DNA of 64,000 nucleotides from Desulfolutivibrio sp. (GCF_036584575.1 NZ_JAZHDB010000091.1:1246-65245); one strand, 5' to 3'; shown: positions 38,998 to 49,675, counted from the stretch's first letter. Program-made: numbers and translations. Notes: generated from the sequence alone by a model not told the origin.

Positions 38998-39867
38998 TCA
39001 AGTGCGCCGGTATACGGTGGGAGACACCTGGCGCAGGGGCAGATCCATGCCGGTCAGGCTTTCCGAATGGCCGATAAAAAGGTGCCCGTCCTTGCGCAAC
39101 TGGCGGCAGAATTTATTAAGCAGGGTCTCCTGCGTGGGGCGGTCGAAATAGATCATCACGTTGCGGCAAAAAATGATGTCCATGGGGTCTTTGAAGCTGA
39201 ATTCCTCCATGAAGTTCAGGCGGGAAAAGGTCACCCGCTCCCGCAAATCCGGGACGATGCGCACCAGTCTCCTCAGACGGTCCTTGCTGCGCAGGAGATA
39301 TTTCCGCTTGAGGTCGTAGGTCATGCCCTCCACCCGATCCTCGGGATAGACGGCCCGGCGGGCCTTTTCAAGGACCTGGGAGGAGATGTCCGTGGCCGTG
39401 ATGGTAAACCGGAACCCCGGGGTTTTTTCGGCATACTCGCTTAAGACCATGGCCAGGGTGTAGGGCTCCTCGCCCGAGGAGCACCCGGCGCTCCACAGCC
39501 GCAAGGGATGGACCACCCCGCGCATGGCCACCCAGTGGGGCAGCACCACCTGGCGCATGATGTCGAAGTGCTTGGATTCCCTGAAAAACTCGGTTGTGTT
39601 GGTGGTGATGGCGTCGATGAGGTGGGAGAGTTCCTCGGAAAGCCCGGAGGGGCTGAAGAGATAGTCGTTGTATTCCCGAAACGATGGCATGCCGAGCAGG
39701 CGCAGGCGCTTTTGCAGCCGGGCCTCGACCATGGTCTTTTTCGATGTCGGCAGCTTGATGCCGCACTCGGTATGGATAAACTCGCTGAAGCGCCGGAAAT
39801 CCTTGTCGGCCATGCTGACCATGGACGACGGTCTGGTGGACTCGCGCTTGGGCCTAGGCTCCGGCAT
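38998..39867 (-). CDS. cheR: chemotaxis methyltransferase
   Basis: TNTTEFFRE, WSAGCSSGEEPYT, IFCRNVMIYF. Confidence 0.96.
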   Translation of the reverse strand: MPEPRPKRESTRPSSMVSMADKDFRRFSEFIHTECGIKLPTSKKTMVEARLQKRLRLLGMPSFREYNDYLFSPSGLSEELSHLIDAITTNTTEFFRESKHFDIMRQVVLPHWVAMRGVVHPLRLWSAGCSSGEEPYTLAMVLSEYAEKTPGFRFTITATDISSQVLEKARRAVYPEDRVEGMTYDLKRKYLLRSKDRLRRLVRIVPDLRERVTFSRLNFMEEFSFKDPMDIIFCRNVMIYFDRPTQETLLNKFCRQLRKDGHLFIGHSESLTGMDLPLRQVSPTVYRRT

Positions 39868-40390
39868 CGACGGCGACCTCGCGTCCTTCGCTTACGGGTT
39901 GCCCCCGCCCGGCGTCGGCGGCAAGCGTCAACTCCTCGGCCGAAAAAACCTTGTTGATGTCCAGGATGACGATGAACCGATCCCCGCTTTTGCCCATGCC
40001 GGTAATGAACTCGGCCTTGATGCGGGTTCCCATGCGCGGCGGCGGCTCGATCTGGGAGCTTTCCATCTCGTAGACCTCTTGGACCGAATCGGCCAGAGCG
40101 CCAAGCACCGTGGACTCGCCGTCAAGCTCCACCTCGACGATGATGATGCAGGTGTTGACCGTGCGCCGGGTCTCGCCCATGCCGAACTTCATGCGCAGAT
40201 CCACCACGGGCACCGCCCGGCCGCGCAGATTGATGACCCCCCGGATGAATTCCGGGGTGCGCGGCACCTTGGTGATGGAGGTCAACTCCAGCACCTCGCG
40301 CACGGACCCGATGTTTAAGGCGAAGAGTTCGTTTTCAAGGACAAACGTCAGGTATTGATTGTCATTTAAGGTCGTGTCGTCGGAAGCCAT
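39854..40390 (-). CDS. cheW: chemotaxis coupling protein
   Basis: QYLTF, GVINLRG..VPVVDLR. Confidence 0.95.
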   Translation of the reverse strand: MASDDTTLNDNQYLTFVLENELFALNIGSVREVLELTSITKVPRTPEFIRGVINLRGRAVPVVDLRMKFGMGETRRTVNTCIIIVEVELDGESTVLGALADSVQEVYEMESSQIEPPPRMGTRIKAEFITGMGKSGDRFIVILDINKVFSAEELTLAADAGRGQPVSEGREVAVDAGA

Positions 40391-40406
40391 AGGCGCTTTC
40401 CCCCTT

Positions 40407-42500
40407 TCAGTTTCCGGATTCGACGGCCGCGCGCAGAAGCCCCGGCACGTCGAGAATGAGGGCCATGGTTCCGTCGCCCTTGATGGTCGCGCCGGACAGC
40501 CCTTCCACATCGCGGTAGATGCGTCCCAAACTCTTGATGACCGTCTGGTGTTCGCCGATGACCCGGTCCACCACAAGGCCCACCCGAGAGCCCTCGACGC
40601 TGGAAACCACTACCTGTTCCACGTCGGGGGGACTGCCGTCAACATCGAAGAAATCCCGCAGCCGGATGTAGGGAACGATCTCGCCGCGCAGGTTGATGAT
40701 CTTGTCCCCCTCTCCGGACTCGTCGCGCGGCAGGTCGACGCATTCTTCCACCAGCGACAGGGGCGCCACATAAAACTCCCCGCCCGTCTGGATCTGGAGT
40801 CCGTCGATGATGGCCAGGGTCAGGGGCAGGCGCACGGTGATGGTCGCCCCCCGGCCGGGAACGCTGTCGATCTCCACGGCCCCGCGCAGGGATTCGATGG
40901 CCCGTTTGACCACGTCCATGCCCACGCCCCGGCCGGAGACGTTGGTTATGGCCTTGGCCGTGGAAAAGCCCGGCAGAAAAATGAGATTGAACAGATCCTT
41001 GTCGGAGAGTTCGGCCTCGGGGGGCAGAACCCCGCGTTCCACGGCCTTGGCCCGGATGGCCCGGGCATCAAGCCCCCGGCCGTCGTCGGTGATGCTGATG
41101 ACCACGGAACCGCCGGAATGCTCGGCCGACAAAAACACCGTTCCCCGGGGGGGCTTGCCGCTTGCACGGCGCTCGTCGGGGCGCTCCACGCCGTGGTCGA
41201 TGCTGTTGCGCAAAAGATGCACCAGGGGATCGCCCAGGCGTTCGATGACCGTCTTGTCCAGTTCGGTCTCCTCGCCCGAGGTGACCAGGTCGATCTCTTT
41301 GCCGAGCTCGGCCGAGAGGTCGCGCACCAGACGGCGGAACCGGCTGAAGGTGGAGCCGATGGGCAACATGCGGATGCCCAGCGTGGAGTCGCGCAGGTCG
41401 TCGCTCAACCGCTCGAGATGTTCGGACAGGGCCTTGAGGGTGGGGTCGTTGCCCTCAAGGACGACCTGCTTGATCTGGGACTGGACGATGACCAGCTCTC
41501 CCACCAGATCCACCAGATCGTCGAGCTTCTCGGCGGCCACCCGGATGCTCGACGCCGATTCCGCCGCCGGCTCCCGGGCCTTGCGGATCTCGCGCACGGC
41601 CTCTTGCTCCACCAGGGCGGCCTCGACCTTTGCCGTGGGCACCAGCCCGGAATCGGCCAGCACGGTTCCCAGCCGCTTCTGGGCGGCCAGGGCCTGGGCC
41701 AGATCGTCCGGGGTCAAATCCCCGCGTTCGACCAGGATCTCCCCGAGTTTTTTGTACACCCCGGCATCGGACAAGGTCTCGCCATTGTCGATCTGGTCGA
41801 TGGTCAGTTCGCAATCGTCCTCGACGAACGCGAACACCTCCTGGATCTGCGAATAGCTCTTTCGCGCCCCCAAAATGATGTCCCACCAGACGTGGCAGAC
41901 CTCGGGGTCCATGTCTTCCAGGCAGGGGACTTCCTCGGTGTGCAGATAGCGGCGCATGTCGCCAAGCTCGGCCACATCCTCAAGAAAATGGAGCGGATTG
42001 TTGCCCGTGGCGTAAAATCCGGGCCCGGGCTTGAAACGGATGCGGTAGGTGGCCATGCCGCGCACGGTCTCCGGCGCCACGACCGGGGATTCGGCCTGGA
42101 TCGGGGCGGCCGGGGAAAACCGGCGCAGCCCGTCCAAAATGCCCTGCCCCTGCCGGGCGATGACGGGATCCGGCCCGTCCGCCGTGTCGGCAGCCTCAAG
42201 AAGCAGCTTGATGTGGTCCCGGGCCGCCAGGGTCAGGTCCAGGAGGGTCTTGGAGACCGGGAGCAGGCCGTTGCGCACCTTGTCGAAGACGGTCTCCACC
42301 TCGTGGGTGAAGGCGGCGATGTCTTCGAAGCCGAACATCGCCCCGGATCCTTTGATGGTGTGCATGGCCCGAAAGACGCGGTTGATGAGATCCTGGTCTT
42401 CCGGCTGGTCTTCAAGGGCCAACAGCGAGGCCTCAAGCTCTCCCAACAGCTCGCCTGCCTCTTCCCGAAAGGCCATGCGGTGCATGTCGTCCTGGGACAT
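40407..42500 (-). CDS. cheA: chemotaxis histidine kinase
   Basis: FRAMHTIKG, HLLRNSIDHG, DDGRG, SGRGVGMDVV, CheW-like C-terminus. Confidence 0.96.
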   Translation of the reverse strand: MSQDDMHRMAFREEAGELLGELEASLLALEDQPEDQDLINRVFRAMHTIKGSGAMFGFEDIAAFTHEVETVFDKVRNGLLPVSKTLLDLTLAARDHIKLLLEAADTADGPDPVIARQGQGILDGLRRFSPAAPIQAESPVVAPETVRGMATYRIRFKPGPGFYATGNNPLHFLEDVAELGDMRRYLHTEEVPCLEDMDPEVCHVWWDIILGARKSYSQIQEVFAFVEDDCELTIDQIDNGETLSDAGVYKKLGEILVERGDLTPDDLAQALAAQKRLGTVLADSGLVPTAKVEAALVEQEAVREIRKAREPAAESASSIRVAAEKLDDLVDLVGELVIVQSQIKQVVLEGNDPTLKALSEHLERLSDDLRDSTLGIRMLPIGSTFSRFRRLVRDLSAELGKEIDLVTSGEETELDKTVIERLGDPLVHLLRNSIDHGVERPDERRASGKPPRGTVFLSAEHSGGSVVISITDDGRGLDARAIRAKAVERGVLPPEAELSDKDLFNLIFLPGFSTAKAITNVSGRGVGMDVVKRAIESLRGAVEIDSVPGRGATITVRLPLTLAIIDGLQIQTGGEFYVAPLSLVEECVDLPRDESGEGDKIINLRGEIVPYIRLRDFFDVDGSPPDVEQVVVSSVEGSRVGLVVDRVIGEHQTVIKSLGRIYRDVEGLSGATIKGDGTMALILDVPGLLRAAVESGN

Positions 42501-42545
42501 ATGGCGTCCTTGTCGCCGGGGAGAAAGCGCCCAGCCTGGCAGTGG

Positions 42546-42908
42546 TTACCGGAGCACCTTTTTGACCACGGCCAGAAGTTGCTCGGGAGTAAACGGCTTG
42601 ACGATCCACCCCGTGGCGCCTGCCGACTTGCCTTCCTGCTTCTTGGTCGCCTGGGACTCGGTGGTGAGCATGACGATGGGAATGAATTTGTACGCCGCCT
42701 GGGCCCGGATGTTCTTTATCAGTTCGATGCCGTCCATATTGGGCATGTTCAGGTCGGTGATGACCATGTTCACGGCCCCCCTGAGCTTGCCCAGGGCGTC
42801 TTTGCCGTCCGAGGCCTCAATGACCGAATATCCCTCTTTTTTGAGGGTGAATCCGACCATCTGCCGCACACTCGCCGAATCGTCAACGGTCATGATCGTT
42901 TTGGTCAT
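42546..42908 (-). CDS. cheY: chemotaxis response regulator
   Basis: VDDS, TDLNMPNMDG, LTTES, WIVKPF. Confidence 0.93.
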   Translation of the reverse strand: MTKTIMTVDDSASVRQMVGFTLKKEGYSVIEASDGKDALGKLRGAVNMVITDLNMPNMDGIELIKNIRAQAAYKFIPIVMLTTESQATKKQEGKSAGATGWIVKPFTPEQLLAVVKKVLR

Positions 42909-43236
42909 GCCTCTCCTCGTCTTTCCAAAATTCAGCAAACATGCCGTTTTCCACAAAACCCGACACTCTGACGGCCTGGCGTGCGGCGTCGGACAACGGA
43001 CCAACCCTCTGTATCCGCTTGGCGTCCCGGGCGGCGCTCAGGCAGGCCGCATGCACCACTTCGAAAAGGCTGGCATCCACGGCCTCGACCCCGGCCACGT
43101 CCAGACGCGCCATGTCCGTCTCCGCCAGAAGGTCCAGGAGCTCCCGGCGCAGGGCCGCAGCGTGCTCCACGGTCCAGGCGCCCGTAAGACGCAACGTGAC
43201 GCCGACATCGTCCCGAAGCACTTCATGCAACCCCAT
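42883..43236 (-). CDS. STAS-domain protein
   Basis: LRLTGAWTVEHAAALR...LDVAGVEAVDAS. Confidence 0.8.
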   Translation of the reverse strand: MGLHEVLRDDVGVTLRLTGAWTVEHAAALRRELLDLLAETDMARLDVAGVEAVDASLFEVVHAACLSAARDAKRIQRVGPLSDAARQAVRVSGFVENGMFAEFWKDEERHDQNDHDR

Positions 43237-43346
43237 GGCCCCCCCTGATGACAAGTCGCCGCATGCGGCATGATTTCCGCTGTGACGCCTGTGTCTTTCA
43301 TATCCCAGCCACTCGAAACCAGCAAGAAAGACACCGATGTCCTGAA

Positions 43347-45176
43347 TCAAAAAAGCTCCACGTTGTCGCCCAGGCCACCGGCGTCAGGGGTGGCTTTCGA
43401 GCGGTTGTCCTTCTTTTCCGCCATGCCCGCCGCGCCGAACACGGACTCATGCACGTCCCGTTCGGCCTCCATGGTGTATCGGCCAAAGAGTTCACGCAGC
43501 CGGTCGGGACGCCTGACATCGCTTTCCACCGGCACGATCCGCTTGGACAGGGCGCGAAAGGCGTCCAGATCCCGCCGCACCGACTCCAGGCGGTCCCCCA
43601 CCTCCTCGTGGAAATGCACGCCGGAGGCCAATCCCTGCACGGCTTCGCCCAACTCCGCGCTTTTTTCGCCGATTTCGGCGAACATGGCCGTCCTTTTCCG
43701 GTTCATATCCCCGATTTGGCCCAGCAGCCCGTCCAGATGGGCCGACACCTCGTCAACCCGGGAGACATCGTAGGAGATGCTGGCGTTGTCCTGCAAAATG
43801 TTCGACGATTTGGCCACGTCCCGCAGGATGCGCGACACCTCGTCGGTCTGTTGCCTGGCCTCCACGGACAATCCCTGGATGGCCGAGGCCAGCACCCCGA
43901 GGGCGGCGCCCTGCTCCCCGGTGTGGGCGGCCTTGATGCTGGCGTTTATGGCGATAAGCTCGATTTCCGAGCCCACGTCCTCGATTTTGCCCACATACCC
44001 GCTCATCTCGGAAATCGTCCCGGCCACGGAGCTCATGATTCCGGCCAGTTCCTCGCCCTTGGCGGCGAATCCGCGAAGCGCGTCCTTGACCTGGGCCACA
44101 TCCTGCGCCACCCGGCCAAGGTCCGCGCCGCTACGGTCATCCCCCGCGACACCCAGAACCTCGCCCCCGATGGACATGATGCTTTCGGCGATGTCGCGCA
44201 AATTTTCGACCAGCGTCTCCACGGCATTGACGAACCGTTCCCGGGCATTGCCCAGTTGGGAACACTGCAAATCCAGCACGTCCCCGATCCAGGCCACCAC
44301 CTCCCGGTCCTCGTCCCCGAATCCGTCCCGCTCCGTCTCCAGGGGCTGGTCGGCGAACCTGGCCGCCACCACTTGGTCCACGTCGCCCATGGCCTGCTCC
44401 ACATGTTCCACCTGCTGCCGGACGATATCGTGAAACTGCATGGACAACACCGCGCTGGAGACGTTTTCGGTGACGGTCCTGGTCTTGTCGGAAATGGTCT
44501 CGGACAGGGCGGCGGAGGTGGCGGCCAGCCTCGAAAGGGTTTCGATATTCTCATGCAGTCCGCCAAAAATGACCGAGGAACAACGCTCCTGGCTGTCCAC
44601 GACGGACTTGGTCTTGACCTCGGCCTCATCCACCAGTCCGCGCAACGCCCGGTTGCGCTCGTTTATCTGTCCGGCATAGCCGATGATGTTGGCGGCCAGC
44701 TTCTCCACGTCGTCGGACAGGGTGCTGAATCCCAGGCCCTGGGTTCCCAGCCGGGCGCTTTCGATGCGCGTGGAGATGCCCAGCATGGACAGTCGTTTCA
44801 CAATCCTGCCGAATTCGCTGGAAATCTTCTCCAGATCGGCCACGATCCCGCGGACGGAGGTCAACTCCTCCAGGCTCTCCCGGCTGTTGCCCATCTCGCA
44901 CACGCCGGTCATCTGTTCGAGTTCCGTGGAGAGGTTGCCCAACACCTCATCCATGGATTCGCCGGAGGTCGTGGCGGCCAAGGCGGCGGCGCGTTCGGCA
45001 AGTTCCTCGGATTTGGAGCGTAAATGGTGCAGGCGCTCGCCCAGGGAAAGAAAATCGCGCTCCCTGGCGGCGACAACGCCGCCAAGCGAACGCCCTGCGG
45101 CGTGCATGAGGCTGCGGCACTCGCGGAAAAAGCCGCTTGGCGCGGGGAGGGAGGCGCCGGGTTCCTTTTTTTCCAT
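43347..45176 (-). CDS. soluble MCP-like protein with two degenerate signalling hairpins
   Basis: no TM; ISTRIESARLG..G.GF and INASIKAAHTGEQGAAL. Confidence 0.75.
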   Translation of the reverse strand: MEKKEPGASLPAPSGFFRECRSLMHAAGRSLGGVVAARERDFLSLGERLHHLRSKSEELAERAAALAATTSGESMDEVLGNLSTELEQMTGVCEMGNSRESLEELTSVRGIVADLEKISSEFGRIVKRLSMLGISTRIESARLGTQGLGFSTLSDDVEKLAANIIGYAGQINERNRALRGLVDEAEVKTKSVVDSQERCSSVIFGGLHENIETLSRLAATSAALSETISDKTRTVTENVSSAVLSMQFHDIVRQQVEHVEQAMGDVDQVVAARFADQPLETERDGFGDEDREVVAWIGDVLDLQCSQLGNARERFVNAVETLVENLRDIAESIMSIGGEVLGVAGDDRSGADLGRVAQDVAQVKDALRGFAAKGEELAGIMSSVAGTISEMSGYVGKIEDVGSEIELIAINASIKAAHTGEQGAALGVLASAIQGLSVEARQQTDEVSRILRDVAKSSNILQDNASISYDVSRVDEVSAHLDGLLGQIGDMNRKRTAMFAEIGEKSAELGEAVQGLASGVHFHEEVGDRLESVRRDLDAFRALSKRIVPVESDVRRPDRLRELFGRYTMEAERDVHESVFGAAGMAEKKDNRSKATPDAGGLGDNVELF

Positions 45177-45352
45177 GTCTACCGCTTCCGGAATCGCCCG
45201 GGAGGCAAACCACCCGATTCCGTGGTCAGGGGAAGGCAGGGATCGCACAACCGCACAACGTCACAGCCATGGCCACCCTGTTTTCAGGTCGCTACGCGAC
45301 AGGGCGGTCGCTTCCGTTATCAACCCGGCGAGCGGAAAGAGTCAAGGCGGGA

Positions 45353-45931
45353 TCACTTCTTACGCAACATTTTCCTGATCCAGAAGAGAAGGACCACCAG
45401 GGCGATGACCCCGAAAATGATGAGTTCGACGTTATGTACCTCTTTGAGAACGCTTTCGAGCACGTTCTCCAGAATATCCCCGAAGAGGTAACCGATGCAA
45501 CCAAAGGCCACGGCCCAGACAAACGCGCCGATGGCATTGAGCGCAAAGAACTTTTTGACGGAAATATCCGTGGTGCCGAGGATGAAGGGGGTCAGGTTGC
45601 GCAGGCCGTAAAAAAACCGAAACGTCAGGATGAGCACTTCGTGGTACCGCTCAAGGAGCTTGTGTACCCGGGCGGCCCGCTCCTGCCATTTTTCCCTGCG
45701 CTTGAGAAACCGGTTGCCGAAATACCGGCCGATGAAAAAGGCCGCTTGGTCGCCGGCCAGGGACCCCGCAAAGGCCGTCAGGATGATCCCGTGCAGGGAC
45801 AGCCCGAAATTGCCGGTCTGCACCGCGAACCCGGCCAGAAGCAAGATGGTTTCCCCTTCGAGAAACGTGCCGATGAAAAGGGCCAGATACCCGTAGTTTC
45901 GGATGACTTCCTGCAAAAACTCAAGTGACAT
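45353..45931 (-). CDS. DedA-family membrane protein
   Basis: FLEGETILLLAGF, GDQAAFFIGR, RFFYGLR. Confidence 0.88.
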   Translation of the reverse strand: MSLEFLQEVIRNYGYLALFIGTFLEGETILLLAGFAVQTGNFGLSLHGIILTAFAGSLAGDQAAFFIGRYFGNRFLKRREKWQERAARVHKLLERYHEVLILTFRFFYGLRNLTPFILGTTDISVKKFFALNAIGAFVWAVAFGCIGYLFGDILENVLESVLKEVHNVELIIFGVIALVVLLFWIRKMLRKK

Positions 45932-46048
45932 GGCGTGGTTGCGCTCCAATCGTGGTCTGGTGGCGAAAAATGGCGAAGCCCACCGGGTCGAGTAAGCCCT
46001 TCGCGGGCGCATGTCCACCGCGCCGTGATGACAAAACGGCCGCAAAAC

Positions 46049-46330
46049 GATGGCGTCCTCCAGATCATCGTGCCAGGGGCCGAATTCAAGGGACGTTTCA
46101 CCTTGTTGATGGAGCGGTTGATCATCGACGCGTTGACCGAGTGCGCCACGCTGACCGGGGCGCGTGGCATCATGACGAGAGACTCTGGGACGCCGTCTGG
46201 GGCGTCATGGAAAGGGCCGCGCCCAGGGGCCGGGAACGCGACCACCCAAGCATGCGCCCGGCGCGACGGGGAGATCGTCCATGACCGGTTCCACATCATG
46301 AAGCATGTGAGCGAGGCGGCGGACGAAAGG
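46049..46330 (+). pseudogene. ISL3-family transposase remnant
   Basis: GVLQIIVPGAE..RFTLLMERLIID, frameshifted WDAVWGVMERA, then IVHDRFHIMKHVSEA. Confidence 0.75.
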
Positions 46331-46412
46331 GGCGCCCCACGGGCAACCCGGAAGCGCCATACAAGGGCCACCCCGCCAAGAGTGGCCCTTCGTGGTCAGG
46401 GACGGGGCTCGT

Positions 46413-48638
46413 TTACTCGGCGCAGTCCACATACACCGGATCCCCTCCGCAGGTTGGAAAATTGAGGCATTCGGGGCCATAGCCCTCGCGGTAAACATAC
46501 CACAGCCCGATGCCATACCCGCCTGCGCAGTAGTTGCCTTTCGTACGAAGCGTTCCATCCTCAAAGTACTCCGTATACAATCCCTGTTTGGAACCATTAA
46601 CGTATGTAAACTCTTTTTCGAGCTGTCCGTTTTCAAACCATGATTGGTACTTTCCATGGAGAATGTAATCTTCATTCATGTGGTAGTGTACCTTTTTTTT
46701 CCCGTTCTCGTACCACTCAATCTTCATATTTGGATAACCGTATTCAATGTCGTAGCAGAGTACATGCGATGGATCGGTGCAGGCCGCATCCCGGTATGTC
46801 TCTTCCGCCACCCGATATCCTTTGGTGAGATGCGTCCAAATCCGTGTGTGGGAGTTGATCTCCATGGGCCATCCTGGCGGAACGTTGAGGCAGTACTGCG
46901 GTTCGCCCTGGACCTTGATCTGGACGGAGGCTGTTTGCGCCTGTCGATAGGGATGGGTGGAATCCCCGTTGGACGCCACCGCAACGATGATATCCTTCAG
47001 GCTGGCGGTGAAGTGGATGGGTTTTCTCGGGATGAGGGGGCCAAGCCGGGCGAAACCGCCGGAGCCGCCCGTTGCCTTGTACAGGGCATAGGTAATTTCC
47101 GGCGCCTCTTCGGAAACAGCCACCCAGTTCGTGTCCCCGGATTCCAATTTGTTGAGGACAACCCTCCACACCCGTCCGGAAAAAGGTTCGATGTCATCGA
47201 CGAATATCGCGTAGGGCGTGTAATCGCCATTTTCGTTTTCGAGATAGTGGGTGCGACTGCCGGGCAGGGGCTGCCAATTGGCATACCCCGTATTCCGGGA
47301 CGCGGTTTTTTCAAGAAAATCTGTCCAGTTGGAGGATATGGTCGCCATGCTGCCCACGGTGTCGATAAGCGCCCCAAGGTCGGACAGGCCGGAACTCCCC
47401 GTCCCCTGGTCCTGGACAGCGCGCCACAGGTCGTAAACGAAGCTGTTGCTGCCGCGCCTGTCGCGCAGATAGCGCAGAAAGCCCGACGCCCAGTAGCCCA
47501 GGTTCTGGATGTCGCCGCGTTTCGCCCCCACGCCCAGGCCGTGATTGAATTCGGGCAGGGCGTTGATGAAGACCTGGGAGACGTAGGATCCGGAGTCCAG
47601 CATGACGCCCTCGAACCAGACCGACGAGGCCTCGGACAGCATGAGAAAGTTCGGCGTGCTCCAAGGATGGCGAATGGCCAGACCAGAGCGTGGGTTGTAC
47701 AGATTCTGGATGATATGGAAGTATTCGTGTCCTACCGTGACCTTAAGGCGCTCCAGTTTATCGGGAGTGCAGATGTTGAAGTTGATGTTCATGTACTGGC
47801 CGGCCTTTCCGGAGAGCGGCACTCCAGCCTCGCCGTCGGTATCGCCCATGCCCTTTTCAACGGTGATGTTCACCGGGGTCTGCAACCTGTTGGCGGAAAA
47901 GCCCATGGCCGTCAGTTTCGTACGGGCCAGTTCGGCAAAGTTGAGTATCTGCTGTGGAATATCCTCGGGATATGCTGCGATGGAGGCCGGATAGTAGAGG
48001 CGGAAATGATCGCTGCGCAGGGTCTCGAAGCCGGTGATGCGCCAAAAGGTCGCTTCCCGGTGGGTCGGAACATTCTGTTTTTCCCCGTTGCTCATCCCGG
48101 CCCCGGCTCCGGATTCGCCGTCGTTCGGGGCGATATCGACATAGAGCTTGCCCGCTACGACTCGTCCGGTGACGATCGCCGGGCGGCTGTCGCTCCGATC
48201 GGCGTCCACCACCAGACTTTCGGCCAGGGCCACGGGCATTTCCCGATCCGATCCGCCGACCTGGCCGAGGCAGATGGTAAGGGCCTTGTTCCAGCCTTCG
48301 GCGTCCACCCGCAGTTTCCAGATCAGGGACTGGGGGGCGCCCAGGAAGTCCGGCTTGGAGGATTGTCCCGTGAGCGAGAGTTCCGTCACGGACGAAAAGG
48401 CGCCCGCCGGGACTTGCACGGACACGGTATCCACGGCCAAAACGCCCCCCGCCGCCCCGATCACCCCTTTCGCCGAGGGCCTGGCGTTCGCGGCTATGAC
48501 GGGGACCATCAACAGGAGGGCGTCGTCGCTGGTCTGGGCATGGGCTGGCCCGCTCAGATATCCTGAGAATAGCAGGCAATGGCACAGGACGGACAACAGT
48601 GCGGCGGCAAGGCTTTGCTTTGATTTGCGCGGCATCAT
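46413..48638 (-). CDS. secreted multidomain gluzincin-like protein with C-terminal MORN-variant repeats
   Basis: signal peptide AHA; IG..GG ZU5-like segment; HEYFH plus downstream E; WYENG/WFENG/YFEDG repeats. Confidence 0.8.
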   Translation of the reverse strand: MMPRKSKQSLAAALLSVLCHCLLFSGYLSGPAHAQTSDDALLLMVPVIAANARPSAKGVIGAAGGVLAVDTVSVQVPAGAFSSVTELSLTGQSSKPDFLGAPQSLIWKLRVDAEGWNKALTICLGQVGGSDREMPVALAESLVVDADRSDSRPAIVTGRVVAGKLYVDIAPNDGESGAGAGMSNGEKQNVPTHREATFWRITGFETLRSDHFRLYYPASIAAYPEDIPQQILNFAELARTKLTAMGFSANRLQTPVNITVEKGMGDTDGEAGVPLSGKAGQYMNINFNICTPDKLERLKVTVGHEYFHIIQNLYNPRSGLAIRHPWSTPNFLMLSEASSVWFEGVMLDSGSYVSQVFINALPEFNHGLGVGAKRGDIQNLGYWASGFLRYLRDRRGSNSFVYDLWRAVQDQGTGSSGLSDLGALIDTVGSMATISSNWTDFLEKTASRNTGYANWQPLPGSRTHYLENENGDYTPYAIFVDDIEPFSGRVWRVVLNKLESGDTNWVAVSEEAPEITYALYKATGGSGGFARLGPLIPRKPIHFTASLKDIIVAVASNGDSTHPYRQAQTASVQIKVQGEPQYCLNVPPGWPMEINSHTRIWTHLTKGYRVAEETYRDAACTDPSHVLCYDIEYGYPNMKIEWYENGKKKVHYHMNEDYILHGKYQSWFENGQLEKEFTYVNGSKQGLYTEYFEDGTLRTKGNYCAGGYGIGLWYVYREGYGPECLNFPTCGGDPVYVDCAE

Positions 48639-49525
48639 GGGTACCTCGTTTTGTATTGCCGATGACCTCTGCTGAGCGATTTCCCCTGGCCTGAATGCAG
48701 CCACCCATTACACATCTTGCAGACATTGTTTATACTAATCCAGGCAAAGCCAAGAACCGCAGCACGCAACGGGTTGAGAACTGTGTTGGCAAAAGCAAAA
48801 AGAAAGAAGGAAATTTCATCAAGGATGTTCAGGTCGCAACCGCTGGCCGAGCTGCCCTCGGCCTGTTTGCCTGCTATCCTCTGGGTTCGGCCTCTCACCA
48901 TGCACGGATCGGAGAAGTTATATTGGGAAACATGACGCATTTGCACAAGTTTGCCAACTCAAAAATGGGGCAGTGGGATCCTTCGGGAGACGCTTAGGAG
49001 GATAATTATCTGGAAAATAGAGGGATTCCTGGCTGAGACAGGTGTAAAAAGAATTTGCACCCCCTGCACATCTGTTCGCTAGACCCGGAACGCCTCTTCG
49101 CGTCCGACCTTACCTGGCGGGGCAGCCCCCCCCTGGGGCAGTGCGACATTCGACAAGGAGCTCCCAGCACTCGTCGTCAGCGCCGAAGAGCGCCTCACCG
49201 GCATCCTCACTCACACCCTTTTGGAATGGCTCTCTTCGTGGCAGCCGTTGGCGGTTGTCTAACCCATTGATTTCCCAAACCGCAGGGTTTGCGAAAAGCC
49301 TCGGTTGCCGTGGGAGTCAACTGTCTTCGCGAACAGAGCCTTTGGAATTGCACCGTGCTTTTGCCATAAAGCGTCGGCAAAAGAAGGAACCGGTTGCGCC
49401 GGGGTTCAACCTTTGGCACACTTGAAACGTCGCCGGTCTCATTCCGGCCGCCCTGCGCCCACCGTCGGCGCAGGCCGTGGGCGGCGGCCCGGCGCGACAT
49501 AACCCGGCAGTCTTTTTCGGAACGA

Positions 49526-49675
49526 ATGGGTATGGACAACTGGTTTGGCCCGCTTGTTTTTGGGATCGCGTTTACCGTATTCGCGCTCTTGCTCTTTTGG
49601 ATTCGCTTTCGCATTGAACGGAAGGACGATGATCGATCACAACGAAAAAGGCGCAACGACCTTGATCCACAGTAA
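49526..49675 (+). CDS. small single-TM hypothetical protein
   Basis: FGPLVFGIAFTVFALLLFW followed by a charged tail. Confidence 0.5.
   Translation: MGMDNWFGPLVFGIAFTVFALLLFWIRFRIERKDDDRSQRKRRNDLDPQ

Noticed and set aside
48640-49525. Possible c-di-GMP riboswitch or sigma54 promoters (GGCAAA/TGGCA motifs)
   Set aside because: The GEMM P2 elements were not found, and GG-to-GC spacings are 9 or 12 nt rather than 10.
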